Origin: Sminthopsis crassicaudata
Lineage: Eukaryota
Assembly: GCF_048593235.1 (NCBI RefSeq)
Contig: NC_133620.1
Span: forward strand, 28,801,772-28,865,771
Reading direction: 5' to 3'
DNA: 64,000 nucleotides
The position numbers were made by a program, and so were the translations under genes. Below are positions 13,201-23,987 of the stretch, in pieces. Numbering within the stretch: the stretch's first letter is position 1; each line of letters begins with the position of its first letter. The notes beneath the pieces were generated by a model, which was given only the letters and a program-made list of their open reading frames with translations, did no database searches and was not told the origin of the DNA.

Positions 13201-13899
13201 CCAATCTCTTGGTACTTACCTAGACCATAGACCCTCCTAAAGTAAGACAGATAAAATCCTGGTACTTCCTTCATGCCTTCTGGTCTAAGAAACCCTGTGG
13301 TTTCCTAATTACATAACCCCATAACACAAGGAAGTCATTATAATTTAAAAGATCCATCTAGGATGTAATCAGGGCCTGCCCGCCTCTATTAACCCTGCAG
13401 CTTTCCACACCAGGCCCTACCTAGGACTTTGCAGGGGATTTACCTGGTGATTCCCCTCAATAGTGTAGCCCATTCTGGGGTGAAACTGCCAGCCCAGGAT
13501 GATTGGGCAACTCCCTAGCCCAGGGCCAGGAGGACAAGACTGTAGCAAGCATTAAACTAAGTACCAAGCAAGACACAGCCCAGGGACTAGAGACGCAGAG
13601 GCTGCAAAGGCATAGTCCGGTTCAAGAAAATTCACTCTTTAACAGCATAGACGCATGAAAATGAAGAATGATAATTATATAAAACTGGGCAGAATGCTTG
13701 GAAACACAAGGCTCAGGTTAGGCAGCAAATAGGAGCTGGCTCCTGAACAAACAGAGTACAGATCAGTGGCTTCTACCCCAAAAAGGCAGAAAATGAGCCA
13801 AGGTCAGCCCAAGAGACAGAGTAACATGAGGACAGAAGCTTATAATAATCACTGGCATTGATTTTGAGCTTACAGATTGGTTACAGATTTTACCAGGCC

Positions 13900-14240
13900 A
13901 GACCATAGAAGTACTTGAGAATGTTGGAGCGGTTGTGAACACTAATACATTGTTGGTGGAGCTGCAAAATTGGAAAATTATTTTAGAGAGTTATTTGGAA
14001 TTATGAAAATAATGTGAATAAAATGTCTTTACCTTTGAACCAGAGACTGTTACTGAACTTAAACCCCAAGGAAGTTATCAATAAGAAGAAAATCCCCATA
14101 ATTTACAGTATCACTTTCTAAGAATTGGATGTCTATTCATTGGAGAATGACTAAACAAATTGTGGTACCCAAATGTAATGGAATATTACTCTGCTATAAG
14201 AAATGATGTATGTGATAAATATAGAGAAGGGTGGAAAGAG
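13900..14240 (+). mobile_element. Old LINE-1 ORF2 C-terminal fragment
   Basis: Degenerate match to the L1 end (cattgttggtggagctg...tggagaatgactaaacaaattgtgg...aatggaatattactctgctataagaaatg). Confidence 0.6.
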
Positions 14241-14929
14241 CTTTATGAACGTGATGGAAGCTTAGTGGAGGACATGCTTATACCAACCAAATTACAGATC
14301 CTTTAAGTCCAGAACTTTTAGAAGTTTTAGAAAAGATAACAAAAAAAGGGTCTTGCCATACTTTTCCTTATCACTAGGCTCCTGGTGGAGTGTCCTGTGT
14401 AGTTATGGAATACAAACTTTTAAGAGGTTCAGTGTGTCTAGATTGGTGGGGAGGTGGATTTGGAACAGGGAAGGTGGACTAGCTAGAGCTGTTTGGAAAA
14501 GAGGAGGCTTAGGTGGGCCAAGGCCATTTTCTTCCATTATAGGAAGGCTTACATTTCCAGGCCAAGGTCATGGTCAGTGCTTGGATCTTCCCTTCTCAGG
14601 TGCTCAGTAAGTATCTCCATTGTCCTTCCATTTTATAGTTGTAAGAAGCCGACAGGCTGTAAGAATTAAGTCACAAACCCAAGTAGATGCTAACTCCACC
14701 TTCCTACTCAGACTGCTTTGGCAATTAGAAGCCAGAGTTTTTTTTTTTTTTAAACAACAGTTAAAAAAAAAAAAAAGCAATTAAAAGTGTTATGTTTTTG
14801 TTTTTTAAAAGAGAAAGTATGACTGAGCCTGTCCCTGGAGGTGGTGGATATTACAAGCCCAGGAACTCCACTGTATTCATCTGTCCTATTGACATACTGT
14901 GCCTCTGGCTAATGCTTAATTAGCTATTA

Positions 14930-15100
14930 GATTTATTTATTTATTTAAAATAATAGAATTATTATTCTATTTATATTGTATTATTTATTCTATTTATAAT
15001 TATGTGTTTATATTATTATATTTATATGGTATATTAATATAAAGAATTATAAATAAATAATAAATAATTATTTATTAGCTAATGTCTAATAAAAGTAATA
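14930..15100. repeat. AT-rich low-complexity tract
   Basis: Almost exclusively A/T, with ATTT/TAA micro-repeats. Confidence 0.8.
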
Positions 15101-15666
15101 GCTAATGCCAAGATTAGCCATACCACACCAGTCTACTTTCCCACCACAAAGCCCTGTGATTTTCTCCTATACATGTACCTTACTCCCATCTTTCTCAAAA
15201 TGTGTACCTACTTTTCCCAGAGACACCGTACTTCTGCAGAAGTTGGATGACTGCCTAGCTGGTAGGGATCCTGGGCATCAGGGTGCATGGAGGATACCTG
15301 TGGTCTCAAATTCTAATAGAAATGGAGGTGCTAAACCATACTTAAGAATCCCTGTTGTCTGAGTGTTGACTCAGTTTTAAGATGTAGGGTTATCTATGTG
15401 TTTTTTCCCTTTTCTTTAATTTCGTTAAATACTTCCCAATTATGTTTTCATCTGGTAGTCCAGAATGAGGGCATCATGTTGTATATCTCTAATCCTTCCA
15501 CATCCTTTCTTTTTTTTTTGGGGGGAGGAGGGGTAATTTAATCATTTTATTAAAAAGGTCAACAGCTTATCAAAAATAATTTTTATTCTTATTTTTATTT
15601 ATTTGTTCTTATTCTTATTAAAAATGATCATTTGATCATCTCTTTTACACCAAAGATAAACACTTC

Positions 15667-15826
15667 ATCAAAGGTTTCTTGGGACTTATGAGAGGAGACA
15701 ATGTGAAAAGAAAAAAAGGGATGACTCTTGACAAAAATCAAAGGGGACAATTCCCTTTGATAACATTGACAAAACCAAAGGCAATTCCCTTTGATAAAAA
15801 GATCTTACAGATAAAAGACACAAAGG
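15667..15826. promoter_or_regulatory. Cluster of TCF/LEF and GATA motifs (candidate Wnt-responsive enhancer)
   Basis: ATCAAAGG at 15667-15674 and 15737-15744; CCTTTGAT at 15754-15761 and 15788-15795. Near-matches at 15774-15781 and 15820-15826. WGATAA overlaps two of the sites and also occurs at 15809-15814. Confidence 0.55.
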
Positions 15827-18631
15827 AACAAGTAAATGTTTCCCTTCTAGATACATCTGGTGCAGTCCTTCCCACATCTTTTCCAACCGTGGTTCCACAA
15901 TTCAGTTTTACCGGAACATGCCCAGCTGATACCTCCTTTGGGATGGTAACAATCCACAACTGGATTTTATGAGGTTTCTATGAGGCAGCCCTGAGGTCGG
16001 GGTCCCTCTTACTGAAATTTTAATAATCCAGGGGAAAACATCCACATCTTTGTCTTTCCTTCCTTCCTCCCTGACCTTTTCCTAGATCGGTTCCAGAGAC
16101 CCAGACTTGTGTGGTATTTGGGAGCTGGGGGAACTTTAGGCCTAGAGTTGGAATCCCAAATGCTTCCTATCCAACCCTTCCCCTTGAAAGGAAAGCCACA
16201 GGACTCCAACATCCTCAGCTGCTTCCCAGTTGTCCGTTTCAGAGCATCCAGGCAGGGAAACCTTTTTACCTTAAGAAAAATATTTTTTGTTTGTCTTAGG
16301 AAGTAGGATGGCTGTATTGATTTCAGCTGCCAGGTCATTGTTTTTTCTGTCTCTGAGAGTCTGTGTTTGTCTTTCCTCCCTCTTTTGATTCTCTCTTCCT
16401 CTACAGGAAGAAGTCCTAAAGAAGTATCTCCAATTAAAACCACCTACAGCTCTCACCTACACAGTTTGCTACCTTCTTACCCCCTGGTCCCCTCAGATGC
16501 AATGAAGCTGAGCCTTAATTCTGGGGCAGTGTTGAGAGTGGGGACTTCGGAGGAATCAGCCAGAAAGCCACTCCCCACCTGCTAAGGCACAACCTTGATC
16601 CCTGACCCACCTTGCCTGTCTTATCCTTACACACCCCAACACAAAGACAAAGGGCAACCTAAGCAGCAGAGGATGGAACCAGTTCCTATTAAAGTGGAAA
16701 AACTGAAAGTTCCAGTTTATGTTTCTTAAGAAAACTAGGAGAGATTCCAGGTAGTCTGTAATTAACAGCTTTCAGGCCACATAAAGTCCCAGGCACTTCT
16801 GGGTGGAAGATGCAGAAGACAGTCTGGGTGGGGGAAGACATCTGGTCCTACTTAGGGGACTCTGAGCATTTCAGAGAGCTGCTCCAATCTCCATTCTATG
16901 CCGAAGTCTTCCCTAAAACACCTCTCCACTCCAAGCAGCCAGTCACACACCATTCATTCAAGTGTTGTTTGGCCCCCAATTTCCACTTTTCTGCTTACAC
17001 CAGACTTCTTTCATACTTCTTAGCTGAAATTGGAATTCTGGTTAATTCTGGTCTGCAGATTTGAGTTCTCATCCCTGGATATCTCACTTCCCCTCCCCAC
17101 ATCCTTACAATTCTACTTCCTATTTCATCATGAGGCAACTGAGTCATCTCTTCGGTTCTCTCTTGTCAGGATGACTTTGAATCAGGATGATAACAAAGCC
17201 TTCCCACTTTTGAATGTTCTGATCACTGACAGACATGCCATCCATGACTGCATCCAAGGCAGTGACTACCATCTAGTAGGAGGCAGGGCTAAAGCAGAGC
17301 CATGTGGCTCTCCACTGCCTCCTTCACACAGCCCCATAAGTCAGTACTCTTGTGGTTTTTGTGTAGGGGAGCACAGTGGAAAGTTTTGGGGTGAATATAA
17401 ACAGAGGGAAAAGCAGGCAATTTTGTCAGACAGACAAGACTGGAAAGGGCTTTGATTATAGATACAAGGTACAATCTGAAAGCTCCCCGTTAGACTCTCG
17501 CTTTCTTTTTTTCTGTCTCTTCTCTTCCCATCCTTTCCTCCTCCTTCTCCTCTTCTACAGAAGGAAGTCCTATAGAAATATCTCCATAGGCACACCTCTA
17601 GTCTGTCTCCTACTTAAAGATTTCAGGGCAAACTCACTTGCTCAGAAGAAAAATTTTCAAGAGACTTAGACCCAGACATTGGACTGTTCCCTGGAAGTTT
17701 GCACTGGATGGGTGAATCAGCTCCCTTTTTCTTTCTTTTCTTTTCACTTAAAAAAAAAAGTAATAGCTTTTTATTTTTCAAAATACAAGCAAAGATAATT
17801 TTCAGCATCCATCCTTGCAAAATCTTGTATTCCAATTTTTTTCTCCTTTCCTCCCCCCTCCCCTTGACAGCAAGTAATATGTGTGCAGTTCTAAACATTT
17901 CCCCATAAATCATGCTGCATGAGGAAAATCAGATCAAAAGGGGGGGAAATTGAGAAAATAACCAAAAAAGGTGAAAACACTACGCATTCAGTCTCCATGA
18001 TTCTCTCTCTGGCTCCCTCACAAGTCTATTGGAATTGCTTTGAATCATCCTATTGTTGAAATTTTTATTTCTTTTTTCTTTTTCTTTCGTTTTACTTTCT
18101 TCTAGTTTCACCAAGGGCCGGATCCTCCAGAATAATAATGGTGGGAAATCTGGCTACAAAATGAAGCTAATGAGGCCCTAGTTACTTCCCAACAGCTACA
18201 TAACCCTAAAGGGCCTTAGAAAGCCCAGCGATGATCACTGATGAATACCCTGAGCCCAGGATGCCCTGGAGGCCTGGGGGGGGCCTTCCTCCCTCTCCCT
18301 CTCTTTCTTTCTGGTGTCATGGAGGGATGGGACTGGCTGCTCAGAATCCTCTTCAGGGAGGCAGCAGGAGGGGCAGCATGGGGGGTTGGGTTCAAGCCTC
18401 ACTTCTCACAGTCCTGGCTGTGTGACCCAGGAGTACAAGACCCCAGAGACTTCCTGCTCCAGAGGGCCTCAGAAAGCCTCACCCTGCTTCCCTGCTGCTG
18501 CCTCAGCCTAGAGCAGACTCCCTGTCACTCCTCCAGTCACTACCCCAGTGGCTTCTACTTGTTTTCTCTACCAACACTTAATCAATTAACAAGTATCTAA
18601 TGACTTCTGAAACTATTTGTTCCTGGCACAG

Positions 18632-18693
18632 GGAGAGAGCCACCCCGGGGAGTACAAAGGCCGTGTGGGGGAGGAGAGGCCCGTCCAGGGAAG
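18632..18693 (+). CDS. Candidate internal exon of an unannotated gene (GESHPGEYKGRVGEERPVQG-R)
   Basis: Acceptor ctatttgttcctggcacAG with upstream TCTAAT, donor AAG|GTGGGG, GC3-rich open frame. No homolog recognised. Confidence 0.27.
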
Positions 18694-18864
18694 GTGGGGG
18701 GTGGGGGCTGCGCAGGCCCTGCTCAGGTGACAAGGCACCAGTGGGAAAGTGACTTCCCTTCTCCTCCCCAGACTCATCCCCCATGGTTGGCTCCACCCCT
18801 AAGGGATGTAAGGACAAAGCCCACAGAGTCGTCCCCTGGCATCCGCTCCCATGCTTATCCACAG

Positions 18865-19024
18865 AAAGGAGCCCAAGCTGCACCTGAACAAGAATTCCCT
18901 CTACAACATCCTCCACAAGGGGTCGCCCTGCCTCAGACTGGGCCTCCGGGGCAGGAGCTCAGAGCCTGTCCCAGCAGCCCCTTCTTCTCCTGGCCGGCCC
19001 CCAGAGCGAGCAAGGGTTTCCTAA
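18865..19024 (+). CDS. Candidate terminal exon of the same unannotated gene (KEPKLHLNKNSLYNILHKGSPCLRLGLRGR...RVS*)
   Basis: Acceptor cccatgcttatccacAG, phase-2 compatible with 18632-18693, strongly GC3-biased codons. AATAAA at 19600 and 19617. Confidence 0.3.
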
Positions 19025-19456
19025 CATCCGAACATAACCATTGGGGCTCGGGCCTCTGTGAAGACTTTCCTGCCCCCTCACCTGTTGCTGGGCCGGGCCT
19101 CAGGGGCCGAGGCCTACAGCCTTCCCAGGCTAGCGGGCAGCTCTGGGGCCACTGAAGCCCAGGCCTGGCCGAGAGTCACCATCATGGGCAGCAGGACGGA
19201 AGTGCCCTGAGGAAAGGCCCGGCTCCCTTTTTTCTTTGTGCCACGACGGTGGGCTTCGGACCAGTGCCCCCTCCTCAGGCTCTCCCCATGCTCCAGGCCC
19301 GGAGGACTCTCCTGGGCCGGGCCTGTCCCCCCAACCTGCTGACTCAGGCTGACCAAGCTTGTCCCCCCCCCCCCCCAGCCCGGCTTTTATTGAGCCGAAA
19401 TGTTACTCTGGCCCTCCATGGTCACAGCTCGGCTGCTGCCAGTCTGCACTCCCAGC

Positions 19457-19476
19457 CTGACTCAGTGTGAGTCAGC
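19457..19476. promoter_or_regulatory. Antioxidant-response-element-like / twin AP-1 palindrome upstream of PRDX1
   Basis: CTGACTCA-GTG-TGAGTCAG is a perfect inverted pair followed by C, giving GTGAGTCAGC. It lies about 650 bp upstream of the inferred TSS. Confidence 0.65.
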
Positions 19477-20029
19477 CCCTCCCCACCCTGCCTTGGAGGT
19501 GCTCCCCCCCTCAGTGCCTCTTGCAGTCATTGAGAAAAACGTTTTGCAGCATCCTGGGCCCTCCTTTGTACCCTAGGGCCTGGCGTGCAGTAGGTGCCTA
19601 ATAAATGCTTGGGGATAATAAATGCCACCCCGGGGTGGCACAGATCCTTGTGGGTCCCAGGATGGGATAATAGCTGCTAGATAATTAGATTTCCTAAATT
19701 ATACAACGAACTTGCCACTGTTACTTATTACTTCTAATTATTCTTTTAAAAGTCCAACAGGTCTTGGATTCCATGGTCCGGGGAGCTCCCTGGCACCGGG
19801 CCTGGCACGGGCATGTTTGGGGCAGCGGTAAGGGAGAGTGCAGGGCGGGGGAATTCTCGGCCCTGAGGGGCGGCTCTCATCCCTTTCCCACCATGACATC
19901 AGGGAAATGGGGGTGGGGTGGGGGAGAGGCTCCAGGCCGGAGGTTTGTGGGGGGTGGGGCTCTTGCCCCCTAACCCCGGGAAAGTGCCGAGTCATGCTGA
20001 ACGCGTGGATGTAGGGAGAGGAGAGGAGA

Positions 20030-20100
20030 GAGGCGGGGCTTTGGGGAAGACACGCCCCCGCCCGCCCTCAGCCTCTCGCGAGACCAAGGGTTTATAAAGG
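20030..20100 (+). promoter_or_regulatory. PRDX1: PRDX1 core promoter: GC boxes, TCTCGCGAGA palindrome, TATA box (in CpG island ~19950-21500)
   Basis: GAGGCGGGGC near 20030 and CACGCCCCCGCCCGCCC near 20051. TCTCGCGAGA at 20074-20083 and TATAAA at 20093-20098. Confidence 0.8.
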
Positions 20101-20122
20101 CGGAGCCGGGCGCACCACCCTC

Positions 20123-20185
20123 GCGTTCTGCTGCTCCGCCTCTCGTGTTCCCCTTTCTTCTGAAGCTGTCTGCCGGGCTCAGCGG
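20123..20185 (+). other. PRDX1: PRDX1 non-coding exon 1 (start approximate)
   Basis: Begins about 30 nt after the TATA box, has no ATG and ends at donor GG|GTGAGG. Confidence 0.7.
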
Positions 20186-20954
20186 GTGAGGCCGGGGAGC
20201 TAGCGGAGCCTGCCGGGGAGCTGGGCTTGCAGCCCCCACGCGTCCGGCAGCTGGGGTGGGCGGGGGGAGCTCCGAACGTTCTCGAGAAGGCGGATGTCCC
20301 CCTCCTCGGCCACTCGAGGGCTCTAATTGGTTGCTGTGTTCACCTGCTCCACGGGGTCGGGGCGTGTGTTCGGGAACCTTCGGGTGGGGGGCTGGCTTCG
20401 GATTGGCAGAGGGAGATAACTTGGGGGCGGGGAGACAGATAGGGAAACTGAGGCATGGGCCCTTTAACTCCGACTGCCTCAGAGTCCCATTCACTCTTGT
20501 GACAGCGGAGGAAACTGAGGCTTGGAGGAAAGTTGGAGGCGGCGATTGCTTCCCTTCCTCCTCATTCTCGGCGGTGATGCTGGGGGGGGTTCCCCGTCTT
20601 CCGTTTGCCCCCCAGGCGGGGGGGGGGAGCAGCAGCGGGGAGCATGTGGGCCACCCGACCCTCTGGCCTCAGTGTTCTCCTCTGTACAAATGGGCCTCCT
20701 GGAGCAGCCCCTGCCCCATGTCCTGAGGCGAGGACCCGCGGGCGGAAGGCTGCTCCCTGCCTGGGGAAGCAGAGGCCATGGGGGGGGCCCTCGGGCCTTT
20801 ATGCAAAGCTCTGGTCACCTCCGGCCGCCTGCAAAGTCCTCGGCTGTAAAGTGGGCCTGGTAACCCCGCCACGGATCTAGAGAGGAGCCGAGATCACAGC
20901 GGTGCAGCCCAGGGCCCTGTGCGGAGTAGGTGCTTCACAGACACCTGTTCGCTC

Positions 20955-20968
20955 CCGCCCCCTAGTGG
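20955..20968 (-). promoter_or_regulatory. CTCF core motif in PRDX1 intron 1
   Basis: The reverse complement of CCGCCCCCTAGTGG is CCACTAGGGGGCGG, a canonical core match. Confidence 0.6.
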
Positions 20969-21401
20969 TGGATGAGCCCCCGGGCATGGGGGGGGGGCTC
21001 GGGGTCCCAGGCTGGAAGTCAGCCCGGCTGTATCCCCATCTGCCTGGCGGTGACCGGGCCGGCAAACAAAACCCCTCCTGAGGATGAGTGCAGGCTGGGG
21101 CCGAAACCCTGCGGCGGCCTGCGGAGAAACTCACCCCGGAAGCCCGTGCACGGATTGCCCTCTAGCTTTGGGCGGCTGCCAGGACTTTGCTTTAAGGAAA
21201 TGGGGTTTTTTAAGGGGCTGGCGACTTGCCGGGTGTGACCCGGAGGCAGAGGGTATAACTGTCCGACCCTTGCTCCAGAGATGGGCGCTTAGTGCGGGGG
21301 AGCCTTCCCTGCTCCCCCCCACCCCCGCAGCCGCCTTAGAAGTGGGTGTGCTGCCCCCCTCCCCAGTCTCACTTCTTTCTCCGCCCCCAGTTGCTGTCAA
21401 C

Positions 21402-21507
21402 ATGTCGGCGGGAAATGCTAAGATTGGGTTCCCAGCCCCCCATTTCAAGGCTACAGCTGTTATGCCGGATCGGCAGTTCAAAGACATCAGCCTCTCCGAC
21501 TACAAAG
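21402..21507 (+). CDS. PRDX1: Peroxiredoxin-1 coding exon 2 (MSAGNAKIG...SDYK); exon starts 21391, 11 nt before the ATG
   Basis: Near-identical to mammalian PRDX1 N-terminus. AG/GT sites; 106 nt. Confidence 0.98.
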
Positions 21508-23029
21508 GTGAGTGGGATGGCTGAGCCCTCTGCCCCCTCTGAGGCTGCGGCCTCCCCCAACCTCTTTGATCTCTGCTTATAATACTCCGCCTCCCCCTCC
21601 GCCTCCACTTTTTGTAAAGTAAATTTGTTTTAAAAACTCATTGTTTACAAATCATGTTGAAAGAAAAATCAGAGCAAAAGGGAAGAACCTGGGAGAGGGA
21701 AAAAGAAGGGAACTTGGCTTGTGCTGATTTACATTCGATCTCCACGGTTCCTTTCCCGGATTGCCTCCACTTCTGAGAGAGCAGCCCTTAGAACTCACTG
21801 CCCCTCCCCCAAGGGAGAGGTCCCCGATGCTCAGGGCATAAGAGAGCAGCTGCAGTTGCCTTTCTCCTGGGAGCTGATGAGCACAAAGAGCCGGGTGGTC
21901 GGGCCTGGGGCTTGTAACCAAAGCTGGCCGGCAGAGTAGGGGGCCACATATGTAAGTGCATGGCGCTGCCCCCAGAGGAAAGCCAGTGAGGGCCAGGGGT
22001 CCAAGGTGCTGTGGATCTCGTGAGTGACAGCTGAGGAAGGGGATGGCCCGGGCAGATGTGGGGGGAGAAACAATGTTCCTATTGAGGTTGGCACCAGAGG
22101 GGATGGCCCATGCATACAGAGCCGCTCTGAGCCTAGGCTTGGCCAGCTGGGTTCCCGGGGTAGAGCCAGGCTTGGCCCAGGGTGGGTTAGAGAGCGCCCC
22201 TGGTGCTGAGGAGTGAGTGGTTTTGTTGTTACTGTCGTCAGGCTTTCACCTCCCTGGCTGCCTCCCTTCCAGTCAAGTTCTTAACCCAGTGTTTTTCCCG
22301 GTCTCATCCATTTAGTTGTTGGTGCCAGACTGAAGCCTGGCCCAGCCCCCTTTTCTGACCAGGCCAGTTACATGGATGGCATCTCCATGGAGGTCTCTGA
22401 CCTGGAATTGGAGTCAAGTCCATTACACTGGAGGTGGAGGAAGTCCTGGTGGCAGGCAGGAAGGGGACTGGGAGAGGACGCTGGAGGGCTGGTCCAGGGG
22501 CTGTTTTAGAGCAATCCTGTTTTCCTAGCATCCTGACTGGTCCCTGAGCTTCGGTTCCTATTATACAGGAAGATCTCTGCTCTGCTTAGTTAATAGCGGT
22601 TAGCTTTCTTGCCCTGGGGTGACCGCAGCTCTTGAGGCTGGCACAGTGGGTGGAGCACTTGAGGTTTAGGTAGTCCTGCCAGGAAATGAGCCTGTACAGG
22701 TATGGGGGGAAAGGGCGGAGGGGAGCACTTCAAGGCAGGGGCTGGGATCTGGGACAGATAGCCTCGTGCTCCATCCTTGTAACTAGCTTGTTACTTGTCT
22801 GTGCACAGGCCTGCCTGGCATTGCCAAGCATTGCACGGTCCTTCTGGGCTGGAGATTGCCTTGGTTTCCTCTCAAGGAGCATTCCTTGGGGAGCAGTCTG
22901 GCCTCTTGGACCCTTATATCTGCTGGGTATGAGTGAGTGTGGTTTCGATTGCAATTGCCAGTTTATAGTGTTCATCTTACTGGGGCCAGATCGGGTGGCC
23001 TGAGCTCACCAGTCCCCTTTCCCATCCAG

Positions 23030-23183
23030 GAAAATACGTCGTGTTGTTCTTCTACCCCTTGGACTTCACCTTCGTGTGCCCCACGGAGATTATTGCGTTC
23101 AGTGATCGGGCTGAAGAATTTAAGAAACTCAACTGCCAAGTGATCGGTGCTTCAGTGGACTCCCACTTCTGTCACCTTGCCTG
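23030..23183 (+). CDS. PRDX1: Peroxiredoxin-1 exon 3 with peroxidatic Cys52 ([14 protein letters not shown])
   Basis: Prx1-subfamily active-site motif, canonical splice sites, 154 nt. Confidence 0.99.
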
Positions 23184-23864
23184 GTAACTACCCCCAGGGT
23201 GACTGGCTTGGCTGGTGGGTGCTGCTGGGCCTTGGGGTAGCACAAGGGGAGGGCAAGGCTTTCCTGCCCTCATTAAGTGCACAGATTGAGCAGGAGCTCC
23301 TCAGGACCAGTCAGTAAACACTTCCCAGCTTCTCCCCCTTTTTTGGAGGTAGAGGTCCCCCAAATCAGTCTGTCATGAGAAACCATGTGTCTACAGCACC
23401 TTCCATGTGCCGGGCAGGCACCACATCAAGTGCTGAGGATACAAGCAAGAAAAGGCAAAAAACAAGACTTGTTAGAGGGAGGACAGGGGAGACAATGTTG
23501 AAGTGCAAACAGGTTTTAGACAATGAATGAGAAGTAGTTTCATTGGGAATGGGGGACTAGAAGCTTCTTGGAGAAGTTGAAATTGGAAGGGAAGCCCACA
23601 GATGAGGAAGGAGGGAGAGCATGGCTGGTGAGTGGAAGGGAATGCCCTGGCCTTGCTGAGGAATCTAGAGGCAAAGGGGCTGCTGCTCCTGCAGGCCACA
23701 AATGGACTGGTACATGCCTGGAAAGTTAGTTTACACCCCATTGAATTTATAAGCACCTTAGGGCAGATGGTGGAGTTCTTTTGTCTTCATGAGGTCAAAT
23801 AGCTGAATAAAAACTTGCCACACTAGTTAAGTTGCGGTTTGTCTTGTTCCTTAATTTTCTTCAG

Positions 23865-23987
23865 GGTCAACACAAACAAGAAGGATGGTGGCCTGGGAGG
23901 TGTGAATATCCCCTTACTCTCTGACCCCAAACGAGCCATAGCTCAAGATTATGGGGTCTTAAAAACCGATGAAGGAATTTCATTCAG
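23865..23987 (+). CDS. PRDX1: Peroxiredoxin-1 exon 4 ([23 protein letters not shown]...ISFR)
   Basis: GGLG motif, canonical splice sites, 123 nt. Confidence 0.98.

Noticed and set aside
12730-16585. Phase-compatible chain of + strand pseudo-exons (12730-12818, 15851-15945, 16086-16113, 16407-16585)
   Set aside because: The frames were chosen post hoc, some splice sites are weak and the product resembles nothing I know. Chance compatibility is likely.
16094-18925. Apelin-like snippets: QRPRL (16094-16108) and PVQGR...LHKG in the candidate mini-gene
   Set aside because: Short matches are expected by chance in six frames of 64 kb. There is no C-terminal PMPF, and the intron layout differs from APLN.
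1-20000. AKR1A1, expected head-to-head with PRDX1 by synteny
   Set aside because: No aldo-keto reductase exon (e.g. MPLIGLGTWK) and no matching CpG island were found. The MGAASC start of ORF 11348-11593 is a chance resemblance. The gene is presumably left of the window.
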